Shown: positions 37,825 to 47,901, numbered from the stretch's first letter. The stretch: 64,000 nt of DNA from an uncultured Thermoplasmata archaeon (GCA_963768855.1 CAVYJM010000012.1:1-64000); one strand, 5' to 3'. Translations and numbers: made by a program. The notes: generated by a model not told the origin, from the letters alone.

Positions 37825-39280
37825 ATGGACAGCGGTCGAGTGCGCGCAATCCTCGAAGGGATCGAAGGCCACCAGGAGGCGTCCATGTCCTCGGAGGAAC
37901 GGGGTGTCCTCGTGACGCAAGGCCTGGTGAAGAGCGTGGACGCTCCCACGCGGGACCGGTGGACCGCGGGCGTCGCCAACCTCGTCGCCTTGCGGGACCG
38001 GGTCCGCGATCTGTCGCGGCAGGCGCTCGCGACTCCGGGACCGGACGCGCCGCCCGAGCTGCGGCAGATGATCGCCAGCCTCGAGGAACTCACCCGGGAG
38101 AAGTCGTCCCTCGGCGCCCTCGTCTGGAACGGGCCCACGCAGGAGTACGTCCAGGTGACGCTCGCGGGCCGGGGCGTCCTGGAGGACCTCAAGACCTGGG
38201 AGAAACGGCTCTCGGGTCGGGACTTCGCCCAGTTTCAGCAGGAGCTGGGGACGTACCGCGCCGGGCTCGTCGACCTCGTGAACCGCGCCTCGCTCTTGAA
38301 CCGCAGCCTGACCCTGGACGAGCAGAGCCGCCTGGACGACGAGTGGGCCGCCGCGCCCATGACGAACGTGGACGTCCGCTTTGCCTCGATGATCCTCGCG
38401 AAGCGTCCCGTGAACCCGGGGATGCTCGTCTCGGAGTTCCAGTGGTTCAATCATGACACGAACTGGGGGACCTTCAGTCCCGAGGACCGCCTCGTCGCCT
38501 CCGCGATCCTGACCTCCCTTCCGTGGGACCCGGCGATCGTCCGGAGCACGTTCGAGCGGATCCGCATCGCGCTCCAGTACCACGGGATCTCTCCGGAGGA
38601 CCGGGTCATCGTCGCCGCGTCCCTCGCGGACCTCCAGGAGGGCTGGTGGGAGCAGGTCTTCTCCCGGATTGACGAGGTCAAGAAGCAGCGTCCCGCTCTG
38701 AACTCCCTCCTCGATCTCCGCGCTCGCCCGCTCGCCCTACCCCGTCGCGGAAGCGCTCGGCCGCTTCGACGGCGCGTTGTCGGGCATGGCTGCGAAGGGC
38801 TTCAAGGATGGAATCCAGTTGGACATCGCGGCCTCCCTCCTTGCGTCATCCCAAGTCCCTCAGGAAGCCCTGGTCGACCGTTTCGCCTACACGTTGTCGA
38901 ACGTGCAGGGCGCGTTCGATCCCCCGTTCGCGCCCGCCGCGATGCTCGCCACGAACCCGCTCGAGCCGAACGAGGCGATCGACGTCTTCCGGGACTGCAT
39001 CGGGGCCGTGACCCGGATGAGCTTCTTCGACCTCACCCTCGAGATCGAGGAGCTCGCCCTGATCATGAGCTACGGCGTCGCTCCCCTCGGGACGGGCTAC
39101 CTGGGCGGGAACCTGCCCCCCGGGGCCGCGCTGCAACCGCCCGCCGCCGCAATGGCCGCAGCCGTGACGGGCCTCGGGACGTCGTGGTACGTCTGGCACA
39201 ACTACTTCGTGTACCGCCCGATCGGCCGATACATCGCGACCCATCCGGTCCACGTGCACACCGTGGCGGCGTTCGGCTAG
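37825..39280 (+). CDS. helical-repeat hypothetical protein (about 484 aa), frameshifted at ~38710
   Basis: Repeated EDR(L/V)(V/I)ASAILT / DIAASLLAS helices; removing one base near 38712 joins the 37825 frame to track ORF 38777-39280 (ISALARSPYPVAEALGRFDGALSGMAAKG). Confidence 0.65.
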
Positions 39281-40143
39281 GCTTTCGGCTCGAACCCGTA
39301 CAGGCGGTCGCGGTTCGCCTCGAGCTGGTCGACCGCGCGGCCTGCGTACTCGGCCGCAGTCTGGAGGCGGACGTCGTGTTCCTCGGCCGTGGCCCGGAGG
39401 GGCTCGAGCCGAGTCCGCCACTCACGGTCCCGGAGCAGGTGGTGATCGAGGAGGAGGGTGCGGACGTCCGTGCTCCGCAGGGTCCTCGCCAGGTTCGCGA
39501 GGGAATGCTTCGTGTGCTCCTCGGGATAGTTCTCCGGCATGTGGGTCATCGGACCGTCCACGTAGAGGATCGTCGGGTTCGCGTCCACGAGGAACCCGAG
39601 CTGCTCCTTGAGGGGCGGACCCTCCACGTCGCCCGTGTGGACGAAGACCTCGTCGCCCTCGGCGATGCGCGCCATGACGACATAGCCCAGGGCGTCGTCG
39701 TAGCCGTGGGGCACCGCCGGCGAGAACGTGAGCTCCGTCCCACCGAACTCGACATCGTTCCCGTCCGCGACCTGGATCTCCTTTGGGTACTTCTTGAGCG
39801 CCCGGACGAACGCGCTCGCGCGCTCCCGCTGGCTGCGGTTGATATGGAACTTGCCGTCCTTGAGGAAGGCCACCTTGCCCTTGTAGATCGACGGGGCGTC
39901 CGGATTGTGGTGGTCGTAGTGGTAATGACTCACCGTCAGGACGTCCGCCCTCTTGGCTGCTTCCTTCACGCCCCGCCAGAGTTCCTTCTGCCGCTCGTCC
40001 TCCGTCGGGTGCGGCGGGAGGTCGTATCGCCAGGGAGCGAGCCGGACGCCCGGGTCCAGGAGGATCGTCACGTCCCGCGTCTCGACGAGGGTGGCCATGG
40101 ACCGCGCGCCGAGGCTGTCCGCGGCGAGGGGCGTGACCTTCAT
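39277..40143 (-). CDS. UPF0282 family metallo-beta-lactamase-fold protein
   Basis: PLAADSLGARSMATLVET, ILLDPGV.LAPWRYDLPPHP, VSHYHYDHH, SPAVPHG, HTGDVEGP, LLDHHLLRD. Confidence 0.85.
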   Translation of the reverse strand: MKVTPLAADSLGARSMATLVETRDVTILLDPGVRLAPWRYDLPPHPTEDERQKELWRGVKEAAKRADVLTVSHYHYDHHNPDAPSIYKGKVAFLKDGKFHINRSQRERASAFVRALKKYPKEIQVADGNDVEFGGTELTFSPAVPHGYDDALGYVVMARIAEGDEVFVHTGDVEGPPLKEQLGFLVDANPTILYVDGPMTHMPENYPEEHTKHSLANLARTLRSTDVRTLLLDHHLLRDREWRTRLEPLRATAEEHDVRLQTAAEYAGRAVDQLEANRDRLYGFEPKA

Positions 40144-40922
40144 CGGATCACCGCTTCGCCCCACACTTGCTTCCGCACGCGGTGGAAGCCGAGCGACGCG
40201 GTGAGCTCGAGCGACGGCAGGTTGTCCGTCTTCACATGGAGCGCGGGGATCTTGCCGCGGTCAAGAATATCCTTCGTGAGGGCCGAGGACACGGACCTCG
40301 CGTACCCCTTGCCCCGGTGGCCCTCGAGCACGTGCAGGAATCCCATCATGGACACCCGCGGCGTCTCGAGGTGGGTGAACGCCCACGCGACGGGCTTGCC
40401 CTCCTCGTAGACCGCATAGGCGTGGCCTGCCTGGATCCGCTCTCGGACGTACTCCGCGGCCCGGTCCCAATCGGGGTCCCAGACCTTGCCGACGAGCTCG
40501 GCCCACTCCGGTCCCAGGGGCCGGACGTCATGCCGCACTGCGTCACGGAAGTCCTTCGGATCGAGTTCGAAGAGCCAGAAGACGCCGCCGTCCAATTCGG
40601 AGGCGCGGGGCTCCACCAGGGAGAGCATCCACTCCTCGCCCAGATGGAAGAAGCACGGCCCGGACGGCCAGGCGGGCAGGACCTCCTGGGCCGCCCTCGG
40701 GTCGGAGGCGTACAGGGCAATCCCCGCGGCGCCGGTGGCCCACTCCGGCCGGACCACACCGAGGACGGCCTGCGGCGGCTCTCCGTCGACGTAGACCTCC
40801 TTCTCGCCCTCCATCTCGAAGCTGCGATACCGGGCGACCGCCGACGACACGGGGTCTTGGTCGAGGAACGCCTCGACCGCGGCGCGGTCCTTCGTCCGGT
40901 GTGGCGGCGTAGGGGGTGGCAT
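40140..40922 (-). CDS. GNAT N-acetyltransferase (FR47-like)
   Basis: MGFLHVLEGHRGKGYA motif A, ALHVKTDNLPSLEL...LGF. Confidence 0.85.
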   Translation of the reverse strand: MPPPTPPHRTKDRAAVEAFLDQDPVSSAVARYRSFEMEGEKEVYVDGEPPQAVLGVVRPEWATGAAGIALYASDPRAAQEVLPAWPSGPCFFHLGEEWMLSLVEPRASELDGGVFWLFELDPKDFRDAVRHDVRPLGPEWAELVGKVWDPDWDRAAEYVRERIQAGHAYAVYEEGKPVAWAFTHLETPRVSMMGFLHVLEGHRGKGYARSVSSALTKDILDRGKIPALHVKTDNLPSLELTASLGFHRVRKQVWGEAVIR

Positions 40923-40970
40923 GCCGACGCCCCTCAAAAACCTTCGACCTGCATCCCGTCCGGACGTCGC

Positions 40971-41612
40971 TCAGCGATTCCGGATCTCCGCCTCGATCTC
41001 GGCGGCCGCCTTCGCGGGATCCGCGGCTTCGTAGAGCGCGCGGCCCACGATGACCGCGTCCGCTCCGGCCCGGATCGCATCCGCGGGCTTCCCGCCCTGC
41101 GCCCCGACCCCCGGGGACAGGATGACGCGGTTGCCCACGATGCCCCGGAGGACGCGCACGCGCTCCGGTCGCGTGGCCGGCGCGATGATGCCTGCGGCCC
41201 CCGCGCGGACCGCGAGCCGCGCGAACTCCTCGGCATGCTTCGCGGTGAACTCCTGGCCGCCGGGGTGGCTCATCTCGGTCAGGACGAACACCTCGGCTTC
41301 CTTCGCCGCTTCGACGCAGGCCCGCACGGAATCCTCGCCCGCGAAGGCGTGGCAGATGACCCCGGACGCGCCGAGGGCGACGGCCTGCTCGACGATGAGC
41401 CGGTTCGTGTTGGGGATGTCCGCGATCTTGAAGTCGCACAGAACGTAGGCGGACGCTGCGAACTCTTTCACGATGCTCGGACCCGCGGCGAGCACGAGGG
41501 GCCAGTTCACCTTGAGGGCGTCCACGCGATCCGCCAAGGCCCTCCCGACGGAACGGGCGCGGGCCACGTCGGTTGCGTCGATCGCGGCGACGATCCGATG
41601 CTTCAGCCGCAT
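40971..41612 (-). CDS. pyrF: orotidine-5'-phosphate decarboxylase
   Basis: IVAAID, LKVNWP, LCDFKIADIPNT (DxKxxDIxNT), MSHPG, IAPATRP, SPGVGAQGG, IVGRALY; start ATG 41612. Confidence 0.93.
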   Translation of the reverse strand: MRLKHRIVAAIDATDVARARSVGRALADRVDALKVNWPLVLAAGPSIVKEFAASAYVLCDFKIADIPNTNRLIVEQAVALGASGVICHAFAGEDSVRACVEAAKEAEVFVLTEMSHPGGQEFTAKHAEEFARLAVRAGAAGIIAPATRPERVRVLRGIVGNRVILSPGVGAQGGKPADAIRAGADAVIVGRALYEAADPAKAAAEIEAEIRNR

Positions 41613-41686
41613 CGTCCCCCGACGGAGGGTCCTTTGACATAAACGTTCCCTCCTCCTCTGCGAAATCTGAATCGGGCTCCGCACGC

Positions 41687-41693
41687 TTAAGTA
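41687..41693 (+). promoter_or_regulatory. TATA box of Rab-like GTPase 1 (TTAAGTA); matching boxes at 42319-42325 and 42993-42999
   Basis: TTAAGT(A/G) precedes each of the three co-oriented genes at 41724, 42367 and 43105. Confidence 0.55.
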
Positions 41694-41723
41694 GCGTCGC
41701 GCGCATCTCCGCGGGGCCCTTGC

Positions 41724-42287
41724 ATGACCCAAGTCCAGCGCATTAAGACGAAGGTCTGCCTCGTCGGGGAGGCCGCGGTCGGCAAGACGTCCCTCATCCG
41801 CCGCTATGTGCAGGACGAGTTCGACGACCGCTACATCACGACCCTCGGCGCGAAGGTCTCGAAGAAGGAGCTGGAGTTCGATCTCCCGGACAAGGACACG
41901 AAGGTCCAGATGGACATGACGATCTGGGACATCATGGGCGAGAAGGGCTTCCGGGACCTCCTGAAGGAGGCGTTCTTCCACGGCGCGAAGGGCACGATCG
42001 CGGTCTGCGACCTCACGCGCTACTCCACGCTCAAGGAGCTCGACGACTGGGTGCAGAGCGTCTTCAACGTGGTCGGGGAGATCCCGGTCGTCTTCGCGAT
42101 CAACAAGATCGACCTGAAGGACGAGGTCATGATCCTCTACGGGGAGAAGGAGATCGGGCAGGCCGTGCGCGCGTTCGAGGCGCCGTATTTCTATACCTCG
42201 GCCAAGACCGGCGAGAACGTGGAGACGCTGTTCAAGCGACTGGGGTCGATGGTCCTCGCGAAGGAGGGCATCGCGACCCCTTCGTGA
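41724..42287 (+). CDS. Rab-like small GTPase (Ras superfamily), paralog 1
   Basis: G1 GEAAVGKTS, G2 YITTLG, G3 IWDIMGE, G4 NKID, G5 TSAK; RabF-like segments DMTIW, GFRDLL, FFHGA, AVCDLT; no C-terminal Cys. Confidence 0.92.
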   Translation: MTQVQRIKTKVCLVGEAAVGKTSLIRRYVQDEFDDRYITTLGAKVSKKELEFDLPDKDTKVQMDMTIWDIMGEKGFRDLLKEAFFHGAKGTIAVCDLTRYSTLKELDDWVQSVFNVVGEIPVVFAINKIDLKDEVMILYGEKEIGQAVRAFEAPYFYTSAKTGENVETLFKRLGSMVLAKEGIATPS

Positions 42288-42366
42288 TTCTCGCGGGCGG
42301 CAAACCGGGCCACAAGCGTTAAGTGCCCCACGGCCTCCCGTCGGGCGGTCGCAGCGGAGAGGTCGG

Positions 42367-42918
42367 ATGACGGAAACGAAGCACCTCAAGTCCAAGATCT
42401 GTCTCGTCGGGGAGAAGGCCGTCGGGAAGACGAGCCTGATCCGCCGCTACGTCCTCGACATGTTTGACGATCAGTACATCACGACGATCGGGACGCGGGT
42501 CTCGAAGAAGGAGGCGCGGGTCTTCCTCCCCGAGCGCGACCTGCTCGTCGACGTCGACATGCAGATCTGGGACATCATGGGCGAGAAGGGCTTCCGCGAG
42601 CTGCTCAAGGAGGCCTACTTCTACGGCGCCAACGGCATCCTGGCGGTCGCCGACCTGACACGCCGCAAGACGCTCGACGACCTCGACGACTGGATCGACG
42701 GGGTCGAGCAGATCGTGGGCAAGGTCCCGGTCCTGATCGCGGTCAACAAGAGCGACCTCGTGTCGAGCTCGCAGTACGGGGAGCGGGACATCGAACAGGT
42801 GGCCCGCGCGTTTGATTGCCCCTTCCTCCTGACGTCGGCGAAGTCCGGTTCGAACGTCGAAGAAGTGTTCCGGCGCATCGGCCAGCTGGTCACGGAATCC
42901 CAGCTCGCTCCGAAGTGA
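42367..42918 (+). CDS. Rab-like small GTPase (Ras superfamily), paralog 2
   Basis: G1 GEKAVGKTS, G2 YITTIG, G3 IWDIMGE, G4 NKSD, G5 TSAK; DMQIW, GFRELL, YFYGA, AVADLT; about 55% identical to paralog 1 by manual alignment. Confidence 0.92.
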   Translation: MTETKHLKSKICLVGEKAVGKTSLIRRYVLDMFDDQYITTIGTRVSKKEARVFLPERDLLVDVDMQIWDIMGEKGFRELLKEAYFYGANGILAVADLTRRKTLDDLDDWIDGVEQIVGKVPVLIAVNKSDLVSSSQYGERDIEQVARAFDCPFLLTSAKSGSNVEEVFRRIGQLVTESQLAPK

Positions 42919-43104
42919 GACCCGGGCGGCGCCGAGCAGTCGGTTCGAACGACGTTCACTTGCGCCCCTCCTGACCCGGGTCCGCGAAATCATTAAGTAC
43001 GCTCCGCTCGATGGACGCGCCCCCGAAGCCGGTGCCTGTGGGTTGCAGGCAATGGGGGAGGGGTCTCGGGCCGGGAGCGGGGACCAACCGGATTGGAAAC
43101 ACCC

Positions 43105-45768
43105 ATGCTCGCGCGAAGTCAGACTCGGACCGCAACGAGCCCGATACGGTGGCTCTTGTTGCTCTTCATCGTGTTCGTCCTGGCGCTCAGCGTAACACCT
43201 CCCTCTCGCGGGGAGATCCCAACCATGCAGCCGAATCCGGACGCATCGCGGACGGTCACATGGGTCATGAACGACTCGGCGGGGCTGAAGACCGCCCAGA
43301 ACATCTCCTTCGTAGGCGGGAACGCCACGCTGGCCTGGACGCCGGTCCTACTGAACTGGTCGCAGGGTTCGGATTTCGAGGCGAACGTGTCCGGGTCGCT
43401 CGATCCGAACGTGACCGCGGACGCGAGCGGGTTGGCCCTTGGGGCGAACCTCAGCAACCGCCTCATGGACGGGGACTTCGGGTCCTCCGGAGTCTGGGCC
43501 TACGCGAACGGAACCGCGAACAACACCACGGCTGAGTGGATCCCGTATCTTGGGATGGCGCGGCTCAACCACTCCTCGCCGACGACGCAGACTCTCTGGG
43601 ACTCCTTTGCGAACATCGCCGCGAACTGGACACCGACTTCGTCGCTCCAGTCGACCAGCCACGTCTACCAGGCCGCGGGTGCGATGGGCGACTTCGTGAA
43701 CGTAACGGCGGGGGTGGATCAGTTTGCCGGCGCCCTGAATGCGGGAATCATAAACTGGTCTGGATACGATCAGCTGAGGATCATGATTCATCTCAACGCC
43801 TCCGCGCCGGCAGCGTTCAACATGTCGGCCCTGGACAGCGGCTTTCACACCCAAACGACCCAGCCGGTTGCGTTGGCGGCCGATTGGAACACCGTCACGG
43901 TGGATCTCGACCAGCTCGGACCGAACCGGTCGGCGCTCGCCTTCCTGAGATTCCGAATCGTCGGGCTTGGCGGCCAAGCGTTGCCGCCTCTCAACGTGCT
44001 CTTCCTAGATGCCGAGATCGGTCGGGCGAAGGTGGCTGACACGACGGCCAGCGTAAGCCAGATGTTCACCAAGACGTTCACGGCGCCTTCCGCGGGGAGT
44101 GCCTACTTGTCCTTCGACTGGACGATCGAGAACCAGACCGGCGTGGCCAGTTCCATCATGAGCGCGACTCTGGACGGCCCGTCGGGGCAGTTCAGTACGA
44201 GCCTCTTGTGGAGGTTCCCATCCGAGTGGCACCACCTCGTCGCGGACGTCTCGCCCCAGGTGGCCGAGGCCGGGCCCGTACAGCCTGAGCTTCAGCCTGC
44301 GGGTCGAGCTCGACAACATCACCCCTTCGAATGTGACGGCCTACGTCGACAACGCGGCCTTCGTATACCCCGACCGCCACAACGGCACATACCTTTCCCA
44401 GCCCCTCAGCTTCGGCGCCGATTCGCGATATTTGCGTCTCACCTGGTTGGATGTGCTGCCCTCGTCCGAGACGACGGCTCGCCTCGCGTTCCAGACAGGC
44501 AACACCACGTCCGCTTGGGGGAGCTGGCACGAGTTCGCGACCCCCGGGACCTACGGCCTTGCGGAGGGAGCGGTCTGGTTCCGCGTTCGTGCGGATCTCA
44601 ACACCACGAACGCCAGTGTCTCACCAATCCTGTCCGCGCTCTCCGTTTCAGCGGAGCACCGGATCGCACACGGGGTCATCGTATCGGAGACGTACTCCGC
44701 CGATCCGGACTTCCTCCGGTGGCGGAGCTTCAACGCCTCTTGGGAGGCCGGCCAGTTGAATTCGGTCAACTTTTGGGTCGGCAACGGGAGCTACTGGACC
44801 GCCGTCACGCCGGGCGCCGATCTGGGCTTCGTCACGGGCCCCCGGCTCGCATGGAAGGCCGTCCTGACCACGTTCGACACCCTGCAGACTCCCGCGTTGG
44901 CGGACTTCGCGGTCACGTACGAATTCCTCGGCGCTCCGGTGTCGATCTCGATTGTCGCCGGGTGGCCCGCTCAATGTCACGCAGGGCCAGAGCGTTGCGT
45001 TCTCCGCTCGAGTTCTCGATGCGGGGGCCCACGCGGTCCCCACCGCTTCCATCGTTTGGTCGACGACAGATCCGATGGGTCACGTCTACAACAACGGTAC
45101 GTACGTCGCCGGATCGATCGGTGACTTCTACGTGAACGCCACGGTCTCTGGACTCACGTCGGTGACCCAGTCGGTCGTCGTCCATGTCTCGGCAGGCAAC
45201 ATCCCCGTGGCGGGCTGGTTGGTGGGGAGTCTGGCCGTATGTCCTCCTGGTGGCCGCAGCCGCGATGGTCGGGTTCGCCCTGTACCAGCTCGCGATCGTT
45301 CGGGTCTACCCCATCGACGATGTCTTCCTGATCGCAAAGGACGGACGGCTGATCGTGCACAACACGCGACGCATGCGCGCCGACCGGGACGAGGACATCC
45401 TGTCCGGCATGCTCACCGCGATCATGTCGTTCCTTCGGGACCAGGATCCCGAGGAGAACGGGGAGCTGAAACGGTTCGAAGTCGGAGGCAAAACGACCTT
45501 GCTCGAGCGGGGTCCCCACGTCTACCTTACCGCCATCTACTCCGGGCGCGTCCCGCGCTGGGCCGGGAAGGACCTGCATCGCTTCATGGGGGACTTGGAG
45601 GATCATTTCGGCGACGCGTTCGCGAACTGGTCGGGCTCCCCGGAAGACCTCCATGGCCTCAAGGAGTTCATGGGCAGGTTCGTCTCCCACGTGAGGTATC
45701 GCGGCGACCCCCCGCTCGAGCCGACGCGCAAGCTGAACGCGGCTCAGCGCGGGACGAACAACAGGTAG
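43105..45768 (+). CDS. single-pass surface protein (about 886 aa) with cytoplasmic longin-like domain; three +1 frameshifts (~44276, ~44952, ~45205)
   Basis: Track ORFs 43093, 44333, 44952 and 45184 join seamlessly if one base is removed at each site (GPYSLSFSLRVEL; SISLSPGGPLNV; NIPWRAGWWGVWPY). Signal peptide, NxT/S-rich beta domains, Ig-like unit, TM 45232-45300, then IDDVFLIAKDGRLIVH...DEDILSGMLTAIMSFLRD...DLEDHFGDAFANWSG. Confidence 0.72.
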
Positions 45769-45878
45769 AACATGACCGCGAATCCGAGGAGCATGAACCC
45801 CGTCGAGATGATCCACATCCACTTGAGGAGCCGCGACCGCTGCTCGGGGTTCTCCCACGCCCGCTCCAGGCGCTCCAT
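45744..45878 (-). CDS. 44-aa single-TM protein translationally coupled to atpD
   Basis: MERLERAWENPEQRSRLLKWMWIISTGFMLLGFAVMFYLLFVPR; ATG overlaps the atpD stop (TGATG); below track cut-off. Confidence 0.65.
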   Translation of the reverse strand: MERLERAWENPEQRSRLLKWMWIISTGFMLLGFAVMFYLLFVPR

Positions 45879-46498
45879 CACATGGCCTTGAACCGCTTGA
45901 GGCGCATGAAGTTGTCCCGCTCCATCTCCTCGAGCCGCTGGCGGATGAAGGCCTCCGTCGACTTCAGCTCCGGGATGACGCGGTACTCCAGCGCGTTCAC
46001 GCGACGCTTCACCTTCTCGATCTCCTCGATCAGGCGGCGCATCGTCGTCTCGATCTCCGCGGCGACGACGATGTCCTCGACGAGGGCCTCGTAGGCCTCC
46101 GCGGCCTCGTCGATCCGCGCCGACGTGGTGATCACGCCGTACCCGCGGTCCTCGAGCTTCTTCCGGACGCTCTTCGCGTCAATCTTGGGGACGATGATTC
46201 CCATCACGTTCTTCGTTTTCAGGTCCAAGGTGGGCACCTCGCGGGACGCCAGTGCGGCCGAGCGCACGCCGAGGGATCCCTCGATGGCCCGGGCGATCAC
46301 GATCCGCTGCTCCGCGGTCCGGTACTTCTCCGCGAGGTTGGATCGCAGGGTCTTCGCGCGGTCCAGGACGCGGAAGAACTCGACGATGAGCGCGTCTCGC
46401 TTCAGCTTCAGGAGGCGGTGGCCCCGCTCGGCCATCCGACGAGTCCGCCGCAGCTGGAGCAGCGCCGACCTCGTGGGCTTGTAGTTCTGGAGGACCAT
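45878..46498 (-). CDS. atpD: A/V-type ATP synthase subunit D
   Basis: KPTRSALL, RGHRLLKLKRDAL, IEKVKRRVNALEYRVIP, LEEMERDNFMRLK. Confidence 0.96.
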   Translation of the reverse strand: MVLQNYKPTRSALLQLRRTRRMAERGHRLLKLKRDALIVEFFRVLDRAKTLRSNLAEKYRTAEQRIVIARAIEGSLGVRSAALASREVPTLDLKTKNVMGIIVPKIDAKSVRKKLEDRGYGVITTSARIDEAAEAYEALVEDIVVAAEIETTMRRLIEEIEKVKRRVNALEYRVIPELKSTEAFIRQRLEEMERDNFMRLKRFKAM

Positions 46499-46499
46499 C

Positions 46500-47900
46500 T
46501 TACGCCTTCACCTGGACTGTCTGGGCACCGCGGTACTTCGGGTGGTATCTCTCGAGCGTCTTCCGGTCGATCTTCGTGAGCCATGCCTCATCCACCGTCG
46601 CGAGGAGCTTCCAACCGATGTCGATCGTCTCCTGAATCGTCCGGTCCTCCTCCGAGCCCTGCTGGATGAATTCCTGCTCGAAGCGGTCCGCGAACTCGAG
46701 CATCTTCCGGTCGCGGTCCGAGAGGGCCTCCTTCCCGACGATGGCCACGAGCCCGCGGACGTCCTTCCCTTCCGCGTACGCGGCGTAGAGCTGGTCGGAG
46801 ACCTGCTTGTGGTCCTCGCGCGTGCGGTCCTTCCCGATTCCCGCGTCCATGAGCCGCGACAGGGAGGGGAGCGGGTCGATCGGCGGGTAGATGCCCTTTC
46901 GGTGGAGGTCGCGGGCGATCGCGATCTGGCCCTCCGTGATGTAGCCGGTCAGGTCGGCGATCGGGTGCGTCCAGTCGTCGTCGGGGATCGAGGCGATCGG
47001 GATCTGCGTGATGCTCCCGGGCCTCCCGTGGATGCGGCCCGCGCGCTCGTAGATCGTCGCGAGGTCCGTGTACATGTACCCGGGATAGCCGCGCCGGCCG
47101 GGCACTTCCTCCCGAGCGGCCCCGATCTGACGCAGGGCCTCCGCATAGTTCGTCATGTCCGTCAGGATGACGAGGATGTGCATGCCGACCTCGTACGCTA
47201 GGTACTCGGCGGCGGTCAGGGCCATGCGTGGCGTGATGAGGCGCTCGACCGCGGGATCGTCTGCGAGGTTGAGGAACAGGACCGCGCGCTTCAGGGCGCC
47301 CGTGCGCTCGAAGTCGTTCATGAAGACGCGGGCCTCCTCGTGGGTGATGCCCATCGCCGCGAACACGACGCCGAACGGCTCCTTCGAACCGAGGACCTTC
47401 GCCTGCCGCGCAATCTGGAGTGCGACTTCGTTGTGCGGCAGGCCGGCGCCGGAGAAGAGCGGAAGCTTCTGGCCCCGCACAAGCGTGTTCAGCCCGTCGA
47501 TCGTCGAGATGCCCGTCTGGATGAACTCGGCCGGGTGCTCGCGGGAGTACGGGTTGATCGCGGAGCCGCTGATGTCCACTCGCTTCTCGGGGAGGATCGG
47601 TGGCCCTCCGTCCGCGGGCTCCCCGGACCCGGTGAGGACGCGGCCGAGCATCTCCTTCGACACGGAGAGCTTGATCGTCTCCCCGAGGAACTTGACGCTG
47701 GCGGAGCGGTCGATCCCCGCGGTTCCCTCGAAGATCTGCACGACGACGACGTCCGTCGAGGAGTCGAGGACTTGCCCCCGCTTCCGCGTGCCGTCCGTGA
47801 GCTGGACCTCGACGAGCTCGTTGTAGCCCACGGGCTCCGTCTTCTCGACGAAGATGAGCGGTCCGGCGATCTCCGTGATCGTGCGGTATTCCTTGGCCAT
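46500..47900 (-). CDS. atpB: A/V-type ATP synthase subunit B
   Basis: [70 protein letters not shown]. Confidence 0.97.
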   Translation of the reverse strand: MAKEYRTITEIAGPLIFVEKTEPVGYNELVEVQLTDGTRKRGQVLDSSTDVVVVQIFEGTAGIDRSASVKFLGETIKLSVSKEMLGRVLTGSGEPADGGPPILPEKRVDISGSAINPYSREHPAEFIQTGISTIDGLNTLVRGQKLPLFSGAGLPHNEVALQIARQAKVLGSKEPFGVVFAAMGITHEEARVFMNDFERTGALKRAVLFLNLADDPAVERLITPRMALTAAEYLAYEVGMHILVILTDMTNYAEALRQIGAAREEVPGRRGYPGYMYTDLATIYERAGRIHGRPGSITQIPIASIPDDDWTHPIADLTGYITEGQIAIARDLHRKGIYPPIDPLPSLSRLMDAGIGKDRTREDHKQVSDQLYAAYAEGKDVRGLVAIVGKEALSDRDRKMLEFADRFEQEFIQQGSEEDRTIQETIDIGWKLLATVDEAWLTKIDRKTLERYHPKYRGAQTVQVKA

Positions 47901-47901
47901 G

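Noticed and set aside
37822-37827. TAG immediately followed by a start codon (also 60028-60033) as pyrrolysine read-through
   Set aside because: Both downstream ORFs have purine-rich RBS-like sequence just upstream and make sense as separate proteins; no pyl genes are seen.
37825-40410. 861-aa ORF in the track
   Set aside because: It leaves the true frame at ~38712 and then runs antisense over UPF0282 and the GNAT; the real gene ends at 39280.
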